Counted from the stretch's first letter, positions 1-10,591 are shown. The stretch: DNA of 32,474 bases from Bacteroidota bacterium (GCA_028875955.1 JAGWTX010000001.1:1-32474); one strand, 5' to 3'. The notes: generated by a model not told the origin, from the letters alone. Numbers and translations: made by a program.

Positions 1-16
1 TTTTGTTATCAGACAT
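1..16 (-). CDS. 5' end of a gene leaving the window (MSDNK...), possibly paaB
   Basis: Minus-strand ATG at 16, just downstream of paaA. paaB normally follows paaA, but only 5 codons are visible. Confidence 0.3.
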
Positions 17-81
17 GTGAATATTTTTAAAACGTTTTCAAAAATCCCGGAAGGGTTTGGTTGGATGCATAAAAAGTTAAA

Positions 82-1020
82 TCAGGCAGCCGATTTTGTA
101 AGACCCTTCTTTTCTGCATGTGCCAATGCCGCATCTCTCACCCATTTTCCTTCTTCCCACGCTTTTTTACGTGTATCCAGCCGTTCTTTATTGCAGGGTC
201 CGTTTCCTTTCACCACTTCCCAGAATTCATCCCAGTTGATGGCTCCAAAATCATAGTGTCCCCTGGTTTCATTCCATACAAGATCCTTGTCGGGGATCGT
301 GAATCCCAGAATTTTGATCTGCTCAGCACAGACATCTATAAATTTTTGTCTCAGTTCATCGTTGGTAAATCTTTTGATCTTCCATTTCATACTGAGCTGG
401 GAATTGGGACTTTCATCATCTTTTGGTCCAAACATCATAACGCTTGGCCACCACCAGCGGTTTATCGCATCCTGTGCCATCCGACGTTGGGCTTCTGTTC
501 CTTTACTCAGGGTTAACAGAATTTCGAAACCCTGTCGCTGGTGAAAACTTTCTTCCTTGCAAACCCTTACCATCGCCCTTGCATAAGGACCGAAACTGGA
601 ACGGCAAAGCGGAACCTGGTTCATAATGGCGGCGCCATCCACCAACCAGCCAATGGCTCCGATATCGGCCCAGCTCAGCGTAGGGTAATTAAAAATAGAT
701 GAATATTTAGCCTTACCGCTGTGTAACTGGTCATACATTTCATCGCGACTGATCCCCAGGGTTTCGGCTGCAGAATAAAGATAGAGGCCATGACCGGCTT
801 CATCCTGCACTTTGGCAATCAGGATCGCTTTCCGGCGCAGATTCGGGGCACGGGTGATCCAGTTGCCTTCCGGCAACATACCCACGATTTCACTGTGTGC
901 ATGCTGACTGATCTGACGGATCAGGGTCTGCCTGTATTTCTCCGGCATCCAGTCCTTCGGCTCGATCCGGATCTCCTTGTCGATCTTATCCTGAAAGATC
1001 TCTTCCAGATTCATTTCCAT
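82..1020 (-). CDS. paaA: 1,2-phenylacetyl-CoA epoxidase subunit A
   Basis: Typical PaaA sequence ([24 protein letters not shown]), di-iron ExxH motifs DEAGHG and [18 protein letters not shown]. Confidence 0.96.
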   Translation of the reverse strand: MEMNLEEIFQDKIDKEIRIEPKDWMPEKYRQTLIRQISQHAHSEIVGMLPEGNWITRAPNLRRKAILIAKVQDEAGHGLYLYSAAETLGISRDEMYDQLHSGKAKYSSIFNYPTLSWADIGAIGWLVDGAAIMNQVPLCRSSFGPYARAMVRVCKEESFHQRQGFEILLTLSKGTEAQRRMAQDAINRWWWPSVMMFGPKDDESPNSQLSMKWKIKRFTNDELRQKFIDVCAEQIKILGFTIPDKDLVWNETRGHYDFGAINWDEFWEVVKGNGPCNKERLDTRKKAWEEGKWVRDAALAHAEKKGLTKSAA

Positions 1021-1037
1021 AGAAGCTAATTTGACAT

Positions 1038-1045
1038 CAAAAATA
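1038..1045 (-). promoter_or_regulatory. Bacteroidota -7 promoter element for paaA
   Basis: TATTTTTG on the minus strand matches TAnnTTTG, 17 nt upstream of the ATG. Confidence 0.55.
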
Positions 1046-1059
1046 AGGAAAGAAAATCA

Positions 1060-1079
1060 ATGCTAACGAATGTTAGCAT
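1060..1079. promoter_or_regulatory. Palindromic operator ATGCTAAC-GAAT-GTTAGCAT, probable site for the TetR/PaaR-like repressor
   Basis: 8-bp perfect arms in the expected -33 region of paaA; the same core lies upstream of the TetR gene. Confidence 0.75.
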
Positions 1080-1218
1080 GTGAAAAGTCTAAAAATTGCA
1101 TGTACGTTAGTCTGTTTAACACTTCCCTTGCAAACCAATGTTAGCGGTCAACGATTGATATGTCTGTTTTAAAAAGGGATATCTATCCCCAACTTTACAG
1201 AATGCGTATATTTCCAAT

Positions 1219-1881
1219 ATGAAAAAATGGATAATAGCTGTCAACAGCCTTTTTATACTGGGGATGTTAAATGCCCAGACACAGGAACCGGCTTTCCGGA
1301 AAGACATAGATGCCTTTAAAAAAGCCGACAGCCGGCAAATGCCTGCTGCGAATAGCATTCTTTTCGTGGGAAGTTCATCTTTTACCAAATGGACGGATGT
1401 ACAGGACTATTTTCCCGGTTATCCCATATTAAACCGGGGTTTTGGTGGTTCTACGCTGGCGGATGTGATCCGATATGCGGATGAAATAATCATTCCTTAT
1501 CATCCAAAGCAGATCATCATTTATTGTGGAGAAAATGATATCGCTGCCTCAGATACCATCACTCCGCAAATCGTGTCAAACCGTTTTCAGCAATTGTTTT
1601 CCATCATCCGGAAAAAATTGGGAAAAGTGCCTGTAGGCTTTATTTCCATCAAACCAAGTCCGAGCCGCTGGAAACTGGAAGCAAGATTTGTGGAAGCCAA
1701 CCGGCTGATAAAAGCATTTCTGGACAAGCAGAAGAATGCCGTTTTCATCGATGTGCATACGGCTATGCTGAATGCAGACGGTTCTGTAAAGACAACTATT
1801 TTCATTGCCGATAACCTGCACATGAATGCAAAGGGATATCATATCTGGCAGCCGATCATAGCAAACTACCTAAATCGCTGA
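1219..1881 (+). CDS. Secreted SGNH/GDSL-family hydrolase
   Basis: Signal peptide; SGNH blocks GSSS, NRGFGG, GEND, DNLH. Confidence 0.9.
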   Translation: MKKWIIAVNSLFILGMLNAQTQEPAFRKDIDAFKKADSRQMPAANSILFVGSSSFTKWTDVQDYFPGYPILNRGFGGSTLADVIRYADEIIIPYHPKQIIIYCGENDIAASDTITPQIVSNRFQQLFSIIRKKLGKVPVGFISIKPSPSRWKLEARFVEANRLIKAFLDKQKNAVFIDVHTAMLNADGSVKTTIFIADNLHMNAKGYHIWQPIIANYLNR

Positions 1882-1910
1882 TTGGTTTGATTGTATGAGT
1901 AGCTATGATT
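1879..1910 (-). repeat. Inverted, diverged copy of the downstream 52-bp repeat
   Basis: GTTTGATTGTATGA (1885-1898) is the exact reverse complement of TCATACAATCAAAC (2443-2456), and similarity extends on both sides. Confidence 0.85.
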
Positions 1911-1994
1911 TTTTGCGGGTGTAAGCAGGTATTTTACACACGTATTTGTCGCATAGTCTTTTTCTGTAAGGATTTCTTTTTTATTTATGGTTGT

Positions 1995-2390
1995 GTGATA
2001 AATGACAACTATAAATATTCGGAGTTAACTGGCAGGATTATTGGGTGTGCTATGATCGTTCATAGTAAACTAAAGAACGGTTTGCCTGAGAGATATTATC
2101 ATCGGGCGATGGAAATTGAATGTAAGGAACAAGGATTTTGCACCAGAAGTGAAGTTGAAATCCCTATTTTTTATAAAGGAATTCATATTGGCAAACGTTT
2201 TTGCGATATGATAATTGACAATAAAGTTATACTGGAATTTAAAGCAACTTCTTTTCTGGAACCCATACACTTAGCACAGGCCCTGAATTATCTGGAGCTA
2301 ACCAAATACGAAATAGGCTTATTAATAAATTTCGGTAATAAAAGTCTGGAATTCCGACGCCTGATCAATCAACTAAATCATCACAACTAG
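1995..2390 (+). CDS. GxxExxY protein (PD-(D/E)xK nuclease-like fold)
   Basis: GLPERYY fits GxxExxY; also DMIIDNKVILEFKA (D...ExK), QALNYL and GLLINFG. GTG at 1995 gives the usual ~130 aa (the ORF track starts at 1905). Confidence 0.92.
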   Translation: MINDNYKYSELTGRIIGCAMIVHSKLKNGLPERYYHRAMEIECKEQGFCTRSEVEIPIFYKGIHIGKRFCDMIIDNKVILEFKATSFLEPIHLAQALNYLELTKYEIGLLINFGNKSLEFRRLINQLNHHN

Positions 2391-2556
2391 TCAGACAATC
2401 AAACAATCACAATAAATCATTCAATTAAATCAACACAACTAGTCATACAATCAAACAATCACAGTAAATCATTCAATTAAATCATCACAGCTAGTCAAAC
2501 AATCACAGTAAATCATTCAATCAAGTAATCACCGCAATTAAGAAAATCAAAAAAAA
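2370..2556 (+). repeat. Tandem array with 52-bp period: two full units, one 44-bp unit and a degenerate tail
   Basis: Units start at 2370, 2422 and 2474; CTAG at 2387, 2439 and 2491. Consensus approximately CAATTAAATCATCACAACTAGTCATACAATCAAACAATCACAGTAAATCATT, built from AATCA subrepeats. Confidence 0.95.
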
Positions 2557-3636
2557 TCAGCGATAATCAAAGTCCACCACCACTTTTTCTGTTCTTGGAT
2601 GCGATTGACAGGTGAGTATATATCCCTGTTCTATTTCTTCCGGCTCTAAGCCATAATTGACATCCATGTCTACCTCGCCTTCAATCAGTTTGGCACGACA
2701 GGTGCAGCATACCCCGCCTTTACAGGCATAGGGCAGGTCGGCTCCATTTTGCAGGGCGGCATCCAGGATGGAAGATCCCTCAAATCCAAGATCAAAATCA
2801 AAACTTACCGCATCCAGTTTGAGGGTGATCTTACTTTTGAATCCTTTTTTTTCTGCTGCCAGGGTTTTATCAGTATGCGTTTGTTTTTTCCCGGGAGTGG
2901 TAAACAATTCAAAATGGATTTTTTTTGCATCCACTCCGGATCTCAGTAATTCGTCTTTTACCGAAAAGATCATTTCTTCCGGTCCGCAAAGAAAAAAGGC
3001 ATCTGTTGCAGGCAGGTCAATGGTTCTGGAAGCGAGCGTTTTACATTTTTCTGCATCAATCCTGCCGAAATGGATACTGGCATCTGTTTTTTCGCGGGAT
3101 AGTATATAGATGACCCGGAAACGATCCATGTACTGGTTCTTCAAGGCTTCCAAAGCTTCTTTGAAAATAATCGAATGGCGGTTTCTGTTTCCATACACCA
3201 ATGTGAAACTGCTTTTCGATTCCGTGAGCAGGGTGGTTTTTAGGATGGATAGGAGGGGTGTGATGCCGCTTCCGGATGCAAAACCAACATACGACCTGCT
3301 TTGCATCGGGTCCAGTTCTGTAAAAAACTTACCCATGGGCGGCATGACATCCAGGATATCCCCTTTTTTCAGTTGTTCATTGGCATAGGTTGAAAAAATA
3401 CCCTGGCTCACTTTTTTGACAGCGATTCTTAATTCATTGTCCAAAGGGCTGCTGCAAATGGAATAGGAGCGACGGATCTGCTCACCTTTGATCATCGTCC
3501 GTAAGGTTAGATATTGTCCCTGTTTGTATTGAAACTGATCCCGCAGCTGTTCCGGTATGTCAAAGGATAGCGAAACACAATCTGCGGTTTCCTTTCTGAT
3601 CTCAGCAACTTTTAGCGGATGAAAATGTATCGACAT
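2557..3636 (-). CDS. paaE: Phenylacetyl-CoA epoxidase reductase subunit (FAD/NAD(P)H/2Fe-2S)
   Basis: RRSYSICS FAD motif, SGSGITP, CGPEEM, C-terminal ferredoxin ACKGGVCCTC...LTCQ. Likely start is MSIHFH at 3636. Confidence 0.93.
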   Translation of the reverse strand: MSIHFHPLKVAEIRKETADCVSLSFDIPEQLRDQFQYKQGQYLTLRTMIKGEQIRRSYSICSSPLDNELRIAVKKVSQGIFSTYANEQLKKGDILDVMPPMGKFFTELDPMQSRSYVGFASGSGITPLLSILKTTLLTESKSSFTLVYGNRNRHSIIFKEALEALKNQYMDRFRVIYILSREKTDASIHFGRIDAEKCKTLASRTIDLPATDAFFLCGPEEMIFSVKDELLRSGVDAKKIHFELFTTPGKKQTHTDKTLAAEKKGFKSKITLKLDAVSFDFDLGFEGSSILDAALQNGADLPYACKGGVCCTCRAKLIEGEVDMDVNYGLEPEEIEQGYILTCQSHPRTEKVVVDFDYR

Positions 3637-3660
3637 GGTGCAATTCGGATAGATAGAAAA

Positions 3661-3692
3661 CAAAAAGATCAATAAAGAGTTTCTTATTGATC
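3661..3692 (-). terminator. Hairpin plus U-tract downstream of the TetR gene
   Basis: GATCAATAA-N8-TTATTGATC followed by TTTTTG on the minus strand; the stem is AT-rich. Confidence 0.45.
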
Positions 3693-3711
3693 CTGTAACA
3701 GTTAAGAAAAA

Positions 3712-4305
3712 TTATTTATTGATCAGTCCGCCAACCAGGATCGTGATCATATTGGCTTCCAGTTCTTCGGCGCTGATCTTCTGGGTTGACCGGTGCCAGC
3801 TTTCAATGCCACTGATGGCATGCAGCATGATCAGCACAGCAGTGGGTGCATCTATCTTTTTGATTTCATGGTTACTGATCCCCTTTTCGATAATGGCGGC
3901 AAAACGTTTACGGTAGATGCGTCGCTGGTTTTGAAAATTGGAGAGGTAGGGATCAGCCAGGTGTTTCCATTCCCGGTCGCTTACATACACTTCCTCATAA
4001 TGATTGATCATTTCATTGATGTGGAAACGCAACAGCTTTTCTACTTTTTCAATGGCAGAAATGGGTTCTGCTTCAATTTCATCAATCTTATGCAGGAAAC
4101 GGTTGGCTACACTGAAACAGAGTTCGTGTAACAGTTCCGTTTTGGACTTTATGTGATTGTATAAACTGGCAGCTTCCACACCCACGGCTTCAGCCAGGTC
4201 ACGCATACTGGCAGCCTTAAAACCTTTTTCCCGAAAAAGTATTGCAGCTTTGGTTACAATCACATCCTTGCGTGAGATGTTTTTGTCTGTTTTGATTCTT
4301 GCCAT
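3712..4305 (-). CDS. TetR/AcrR-family regulator, PaaR-like
   Basis: HTH LFREKGFKAASMRDLAEAVGVEAASLYNHIKSK; adjacent to paaE. Likely start is MARIK at 4305. Confidence 0.9.
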   Translation of the reverse strand: MARIKTDKNISRKDVIVTKAAILFREKGFKAASMRDLAEAVGVEAASLYNHIKSKTELLHELCFSVANRFLHKIDEIEAEPISAIEKVEKLLRFHINEMINHYEEVYVSDREWKHLADPYLSNFQNQRRIYRKRFAAIIEKGISNHEIKKIDAPTAVLIMLHAISGIESWHRSTQKISAEELEANMITILVGGLINK

Positions 4306-4323
4306 AAAACGAAGATAAAGCAA

Positions 4324-4337
4324 CTAACACGTGTTAG
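4324..4337. promoter_or_regulatory. Perfect palindrome CTAACACGTGTTAG, probable TetR autoregulatory operator
   Basis: Next to a -7-like TATCTTCG (4310-4317, minus strand); same core as the paaA operator. Confidence 0.75.
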
Positions 4338-4607
4338 CAAGTAGTTACACTGAAATTTTTTAAATCGTTAGTTTTCGTCCCTTTTTTATAAAATCAATCA
4401 AATATTACCATAGGAAATAATGGCCGGGTCTGTCTGGGAAAACTGGCAGGTCAGAAATGGGGTTTAAACAGGCATAATCCCTGAGGATAACCCTTCCTGA
4501 TTCGATTCCTTGGTTTCAGGGCCCTTCCGGGCGAAAATAAAACCGAACCCCAAGGGCTTTTCCCCTTCAATGCCCTAATTTCGCCCACCGATAACAAAAC
4601 CTAACTT

Positions 4608-5528
4608 ATGTCATTAGTAGTAGTTGGATCCATGGCTTTTGATGCCATTGAAACCCCATTTGGGAAAAGCGATAAAATTGTGGGCGGGGCAGGTACCTAT
4701 ATTGCCTGGTGTGCCAGCAATTTTACACCCGTAAAACAGATTTCGGTGGTAGGCGGCGACTTCCCGCAGGATGAACTGGATGCACTTACCGAAAGAAATG
4801 TGAACCTGGAAGGTGTTCAGATCAAAAAAGATGAAAAAACATTTTTCTGGAGCGGTCGCTATCACATGGATATGAATACCCGTGACACCCTGGATACCCA
4901 GTTGAATGTGCTGGCAAACTTCCAGCCCGAAGTTCCCGATTCTTACCAGGATTGTGAGTTTCTGATGTTAGGTAACCTGGTGCCTGCCGTTCAGGCGAGC
5001 GTGATCAATCAATTGAAAAAGCGCCCCAAACTGATCGTAATGGACACCATGAATTTCTGGATGGAAATCGCCATGGACGACCTGAAAAAGACCATTTCCA
5101 TGGTGGATGTTTTGATGGTGAACGATAGTGAAGCACGCCAGCTGAGTGGCGATTATTCATTGGTTAAGGCGGCAGCCACCATTATGAAAATGGGCCCCAA
5201 ATACCTGATCATTAAAAAAGGGGAACACGGTGCGCTCCTGTTTCATGGCAGCCAGGTATTTTTTGCACCGGCACTGCCGTTGGAAGATGTATTTGATCCC
5301 ACCGGAGCAGGTGACACTTTTGCGGGAGGCTTTATGGGCCATCTGGCCAAAACCAGGGATATCTCATTCGAGAATATGAAAACGGCCATTATCGTAGGTA
5401 GTGCGATGGCCTCCTTTTGCGTTGAAAAATTTGGTACCCAACGGCTGCGTGAAATCGGCAAACCGGATATCGAAGCCCGTCTGGAAGAATTTGTTCAACT
5501 GGTGAACTTTGATATCACACTGGCATGA
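4608..5528 (+). CDS. PfkB/ribokinase-family carbohydrate or nucleoside kinase
   Basis: N-terminal VVGSMAFD...GGAG, NDSEA, C-terminal DPTGAGDTFAGG signature. Confidence 0.92.
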   Translation: MSLVVVGSMAFDAIETPFGKSDKIVGGAGTYIAWCASNFTPVKQISVVGGDFPQDELDALTERNVNLEGVQIKKDEKTFFWSGRYHMDMNTRDTLDTQLNVLANFQPEVPDSYQDCEFLMLGNLVPAVQASVINQLKKRPKLIVMDTMNFWMEIAMDDLKKTISMVDVLMVNDSEARQLSGDYSLVKAAATIMKMGPKYLIIKKGEHGALLFHGSQVFFAPALPLEDVFDPTGAGDTFAGGFMGHLAKTRDISFENMKTAIIVGSAMASFCVEKFGTQRLREIGKPDIEARLEEFVQLVNFDITLA

Positions 5529-5570
5529 GGCTCGATCAATATTGATCTGATGGCTGAAGTTTTGCATAAA

Positions 5571-5588
5571 CACTAACTATTGTTAGTG
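5571..5588. promoter_or_regulatory. Palindrome CACTAAC-TATT-GTTAGTG upstream of the asd promoter
   Basis: Same CTAAC-N4-GTTAG core as the paa sites. Confidence 0.55.
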
Positions 5589-5605
5589 ATGATTTGAAAA
5601 ATAGT

Positions 5606-5637
5606 TTTGGTAAAACTAAAACCGCACAATAATTTCG
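5606..5637 (+). promoter_or_regulatory. Bacteroidota-type promoter for the asd leader
   Basis: TTTG (5606-5609), 20-nt spacer, TAATTTCG (5630-5637). Confidence 0.55.
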
Positions 5638-5644
5638 TTGCACA

Positions 5645-5689
5645 ATGATGAACAATAAACATACAAAACGTATTAAGAAACCTCTCTGA
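5645..5689 (+). CDS. Leader peptide MMNNKHTKRIKKPL of the asd attenuator
   Basis: 14-codon ORF in which 10 residues are aspartate-family (4K, 2M, 2N, T, I), directly followed by antiterminator and terminator sequences. Confidence 0.75.
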   Translation: MMNNKHTKRIKKPL

Positions 5690-5730
5690 CGGGAAGTGCT
5701 TAACATGTATGTATGAACCAATATACTAAG

Positions 5731-5761
5731 AAGCCTTCCCAAACCGGGAAGGTTTTTTTTT
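5731..5761 (+). terminator. Attenuator terminator upstream of asd
   Basis: AAGCCTTCCC-AAACC-GGGAAGG followed by a 9-T run; GGGAAGTGCTT at 5691-5701 can compete for the 5' arm. Confidence 0.85.
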
Positions 5762-5849
5762 GATCCGGTTCTTGCCATGCCGGATGAGATAAAAGAAGGC
5801 AAATTATTTTTAAACCATAAAAAAACTCCCTAGGGAGAAGGAGGGTAAA

Positions 5850-6839
5850 ATGAAAGTAGCCGTTGTAGGTGCCACCGGATTGGTAGGCACTAAAATGTTG
5901 CAGGTATTGGCCGAAAGAAATTTCCCGGTAACCGAGCTGGTTCCGGTAGCATCTGAAAGATCAGTTGGTAAAGAAGTGGAATTCAAGGGTAAAAAATACA
6001 AAGTGGTGAGCATGAGCGATGGGATTGCAGCCAAACCTGCCGTGGCTATTTTTTCTGCGGGCGGAAGCACGTCCCTCGAATGGGCGCCAAAGTTTGCAGA
6101 AGCGGGTATCCGTGTCATTGACAACTCTTCCGCCTGGCGCATGGACCCCACCAAGAAACTGGTGGTTCCTGAAGTCAATGCATCCGTACTTACCAACGAA
6201 GACATGATCATTGCCAACCCCAATTGCTCCACCATACAAATGGTGGTGGCATTACAGCCCCTCCATAGTAAATACCGCATTAAGCGGGTGGTGGTGAGTA
6301 CCTACCAGAGTGTAACCGGAACTGGGAAAAAAGCCGTTGACCAGCTTTTCAATGAAAGAAAAGGAACCGAAGGAGAGATGGCATACAAATATCCCATCGA
6401 CCTGAATGTGATTCCGCAGATCGATGTGTTTCTGGATAACGGGTATACCAAGGAAGAGATGAAAATGGTTAAGGAAACCAATAAAATCATGCAGGACGAT
6501 TCCATCCGTGTTACCGCAACCACGGTACGGATCCCCGTTGTGGGTGGCCATAGCGAAAGCGTAAATGTGGAATTTGCCCATGATTTTGACCTGGCGGAAG
6601 TAAAAGAAATTCTTGGCAAAGCGCCGGGTGTGATCGTGCAGGACGACCCTGCCCAGGCATTGTACCCGATGCCTTTATGGGCCCATGAAAAAGATGAGGT
6701 TTTCGTAGGAAGGCTTCGCAGGGACGAAACCCAGCCCAACACGCTCAATATGTGGATTGTCAGTGATAACCTGCGCAAAGGTGCTGCCACCAACGCCATT
6801 CAGATTGCAGAATACCTGATGGGCAAAGGGATGTTATAG
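5850..6839 (+). CDS. asd: Aspartate-semialdehyde dehydrogenase
   Basis: VGATGLVG, DNSSAWRM, ANPNCST (catalytic Cys), GHSESV, DNLRKGAATNA. Confidence 0.97.
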   Translation: MKVAVVGATGLVGTKMLQVLAERNFPVTELVPVASERSVGKEVEFKGKKYKVVSMSDGIAAKPAVAIFSAGGSTSLEWAPKFAEAGIRVIDNSSAWRMDPTKKLVVPEVNASVLTNEDMIIANPNCSTIQMVVALQPLHSKYRIKRVVVSTYQSVTGTGKKAVDQLFNERKGTEGEMAYKYPIDLNVIPQIDVFLDNGYTKEEMKMVKETNKIMQDDSIRVTATTVRIPVVGGHSESVNVEFAHDFDLAEVKEILGKAPGVIVQDDPAQALYPMPLWAHEKDEVFVGRLRRDETQPNTLNMWIVSDNLRKGAATNAIQIAEYLMGKGML

Positions 6840-6860
6840 GGTTTGCAATTGCAGGAAGTC

Positions 6861-7529
6861 TTAGGCTTCCAGTGCCTCGTTTAAAAAATAAATTAACGGC
6901 TGTAGTGTTTCAAATGCAGCCGTTATTTTTTTGACCAGATCCTTGCTCGTCAGGTCTGCATCGGTCAAGGGTGATGTGGCGATCCAGCTTTTTAGTTTTA
7001 TATAATCAATCGCAGGGTTGTCTTTTTCATAACCCCTGGGTTCACGGCTAAGCGAAATGCCCTCCCCTTTTTCCAGCTCACCATAACAATCCTTGAATTT
7101 TTTGTTACTGATGATTTTTTTAAAGGCATCCCAGTTATAATCGATTTCCTGCCGGATCTTTTTTATTTCATCCGCTTCAGCCATATACCTTCCACCGCCC
7201 ATGAAACTTTTACCGGGTTCAATATGTATATAATAACCAGCCATGGGTGATTTTTTCCCGCCACTGACAATACTGGCACCCATATTGGTTTTATAGGGAT
7301 CCTTGTTTTTACTGAACCTCACATCCCGGTTGATTCTGAACAGGCAATCTTTTGCAGTCAGCATAGCGATTCCCGGATCCTTTTTACCAAAGTTGGCTAT
7401 CACTTCCTCCACAAGGTTCGACATGTCTTCCTTTGCAGCCTGATAGGAAGCCCTGTTTTTTTCAAACCATTCACGATGATTGTTTTTCTTCAGATTTTTC
7501 AGGAAACTGAGACTGGCTTTTTGTAACAT
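6861..7529 (-). CDS. DUF2461 family conserved protein
   Basis: FLKNLKKNNHREWF, FRINRDVRFSKNKDPYKT, GYYIHIEP, PRGY motifs. Confidence 0.88.
   Translation of the reverse strand: MLQKASLSFLKNLKKNNHREWFEKNRASYQAAKEDMSNLVEEVIANFGKKDPGIAMLTAKDCLFRINRDVRFSKNKDPYKTNMGASIVSGGKKSPMAGYYIHIEPGKSFMGGGRYMAEADEIKKIRQEIDYNWDAFKKIISNKKFKDCYGELEKGEGISLSREPRGYEKDNPAIDYIKLKSWIATSPLTDADLTSKDLVKKITAAFETLQPLIYFLNEALEA
6894..6932 (+). terminator. Probable asd terminator embedded in the convergent DUF2461 CDS
   Basis: 11-bp stem TAACGGCTGTA/TGCAGCCGTTA (one G-U pair on +) followed by T7. Confidence 0.55.
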
Positions 7530-7578
7530 GGTTTTGTTGCATTTTCAGTGATAAACAATTGGTATGGGTGGATGGGTT

Positions 7579-9747
<2,169 letters not shown>

Positions 9748-9850
9748 TCAAAAACCGCCTTTAAAAAATACACAGTCAATTCTTAAACTTTGTATCTTGT
9801 TGCCCCTGAAATTAGTTCCGGCAGGGCTTGTCATTAGAATATTCTGTTAC

Positions 9851-10591
9851 ATGAAGAAAAAGATCACGGTTCCTGTTCCACCCGATAAGGGCATCATCAA
9901 AGACGCAGTCTCTCTGGTTACCTCCTATCCAAAAGTCCCTCTGACAGTTGACTGTGTCATTTTCGGTTTCAAGGAAAACAAATTGAAGGTATTACTGATC
10001 AAAAGCGACCTGGATATGTTCAATGGTAAGCTCTCCTTGCTGGGTGACATTGTTCAGGATAATGAGGAACTGGATGCAGCCGCTTACCGGGTATTGAAAC
10101 AAAGAACCGGCATGAATGATGTATTCCTGGATCAGGTGCGCGTATTCGGAAGCCCGAAACGGCATCCGGGAGGAAGGGTGATCACGATCGCTTATTGTTC
10201 TTTACTCAATATCAACCACCATGAGTTAAAGATCCATGACAATGACCTGCATTGGCATACGGTATCAACCCTCAAAGACATGGCATTCGATCATAAACAG
10301 ATCGTTGATGCCTGTTATACCTGGCTGCAAAAGCGGATCCAGGAACATCCCCTGGGTTTTAACCTGTTGCCGGATAAATTTTCACTCAGGGAACTGCAGA
10401 ATTTATATGAGGCCATATTGGGCGTAACCCTGGACAGAAGGAATTTCCGTAAGAAATTCGCGTCCATGGACCTGCTCATAGATATTGACGAGATGGAACA
10501 GGATGTACCCCATCGGCCGGGTAAATTGTATAAGTTCAATTTTGAGAAATACGAAAAAAATAAAAGGAAATGGGTAGGCATTGATTTTTAG
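9851..10591 (+). CDS. NrtR-family Nudix/wHTH transcriptional regulator
   Basis: TVDCVIFG, degenerate Nudix box, AFDH, wHTH FSLRELQNLYEAILG...DRRNFRKK...RPGKLY. Confidence 0.88.
   Translation: MKKKITVPVPPDKGIIKDAVSLVTSYPKVPLTVDCVIFGFKENKLKVLLIKSDLDMFNGKLSLLGDIVQDNEELDAAAYRVLKQRTGMNDVFLDQVRVFGSPKRHPGGRVITIAYCSLLNINHHELKIHDNDLHWHTVSTLKDMAFDHKQIVDACYTWLQKRIQEHPLGFNLLPDKFSLRELQNLYEAILGVTLDRRNFRKKFASMDLLIDIDEMEQDVPHRPGKLYKFNFEKYEKNKRKWVGIDF

Larger units (their letters stand above)
1874..2564. mobile_element. Putative GxxExxY/repeat insertion cassette bounded by 10-bp inverted repeats
   Basis: ATCGCTGATT (1874-1883) and AATCAGCGAT (2555-2564); visibly AT-richer than the flanks; nuclease-like ORF plus repeats. 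No transposase present. Confidence 0.45.

Noticed and set aside
1905-1994. N-terminal extension of the GxxExxY ORF in the ORF track
   Set aside because: Cys/Phe-rich, not protein-like, and starts inside the inverted repeat; GTG at 1995 gives the typical family length.
2370-2556. CRISPR array
   Set aside because: Units are contiguous near-identical repeats without unique spacers, and there are no cas genes in the window.
5534-5547. 14-bp palindrome GATCAATATTGATC after the PfkB gene
   Set aside because: No loop or U-tract; the similarity to the 3667-3692 hairpin arms is short and may be chance.
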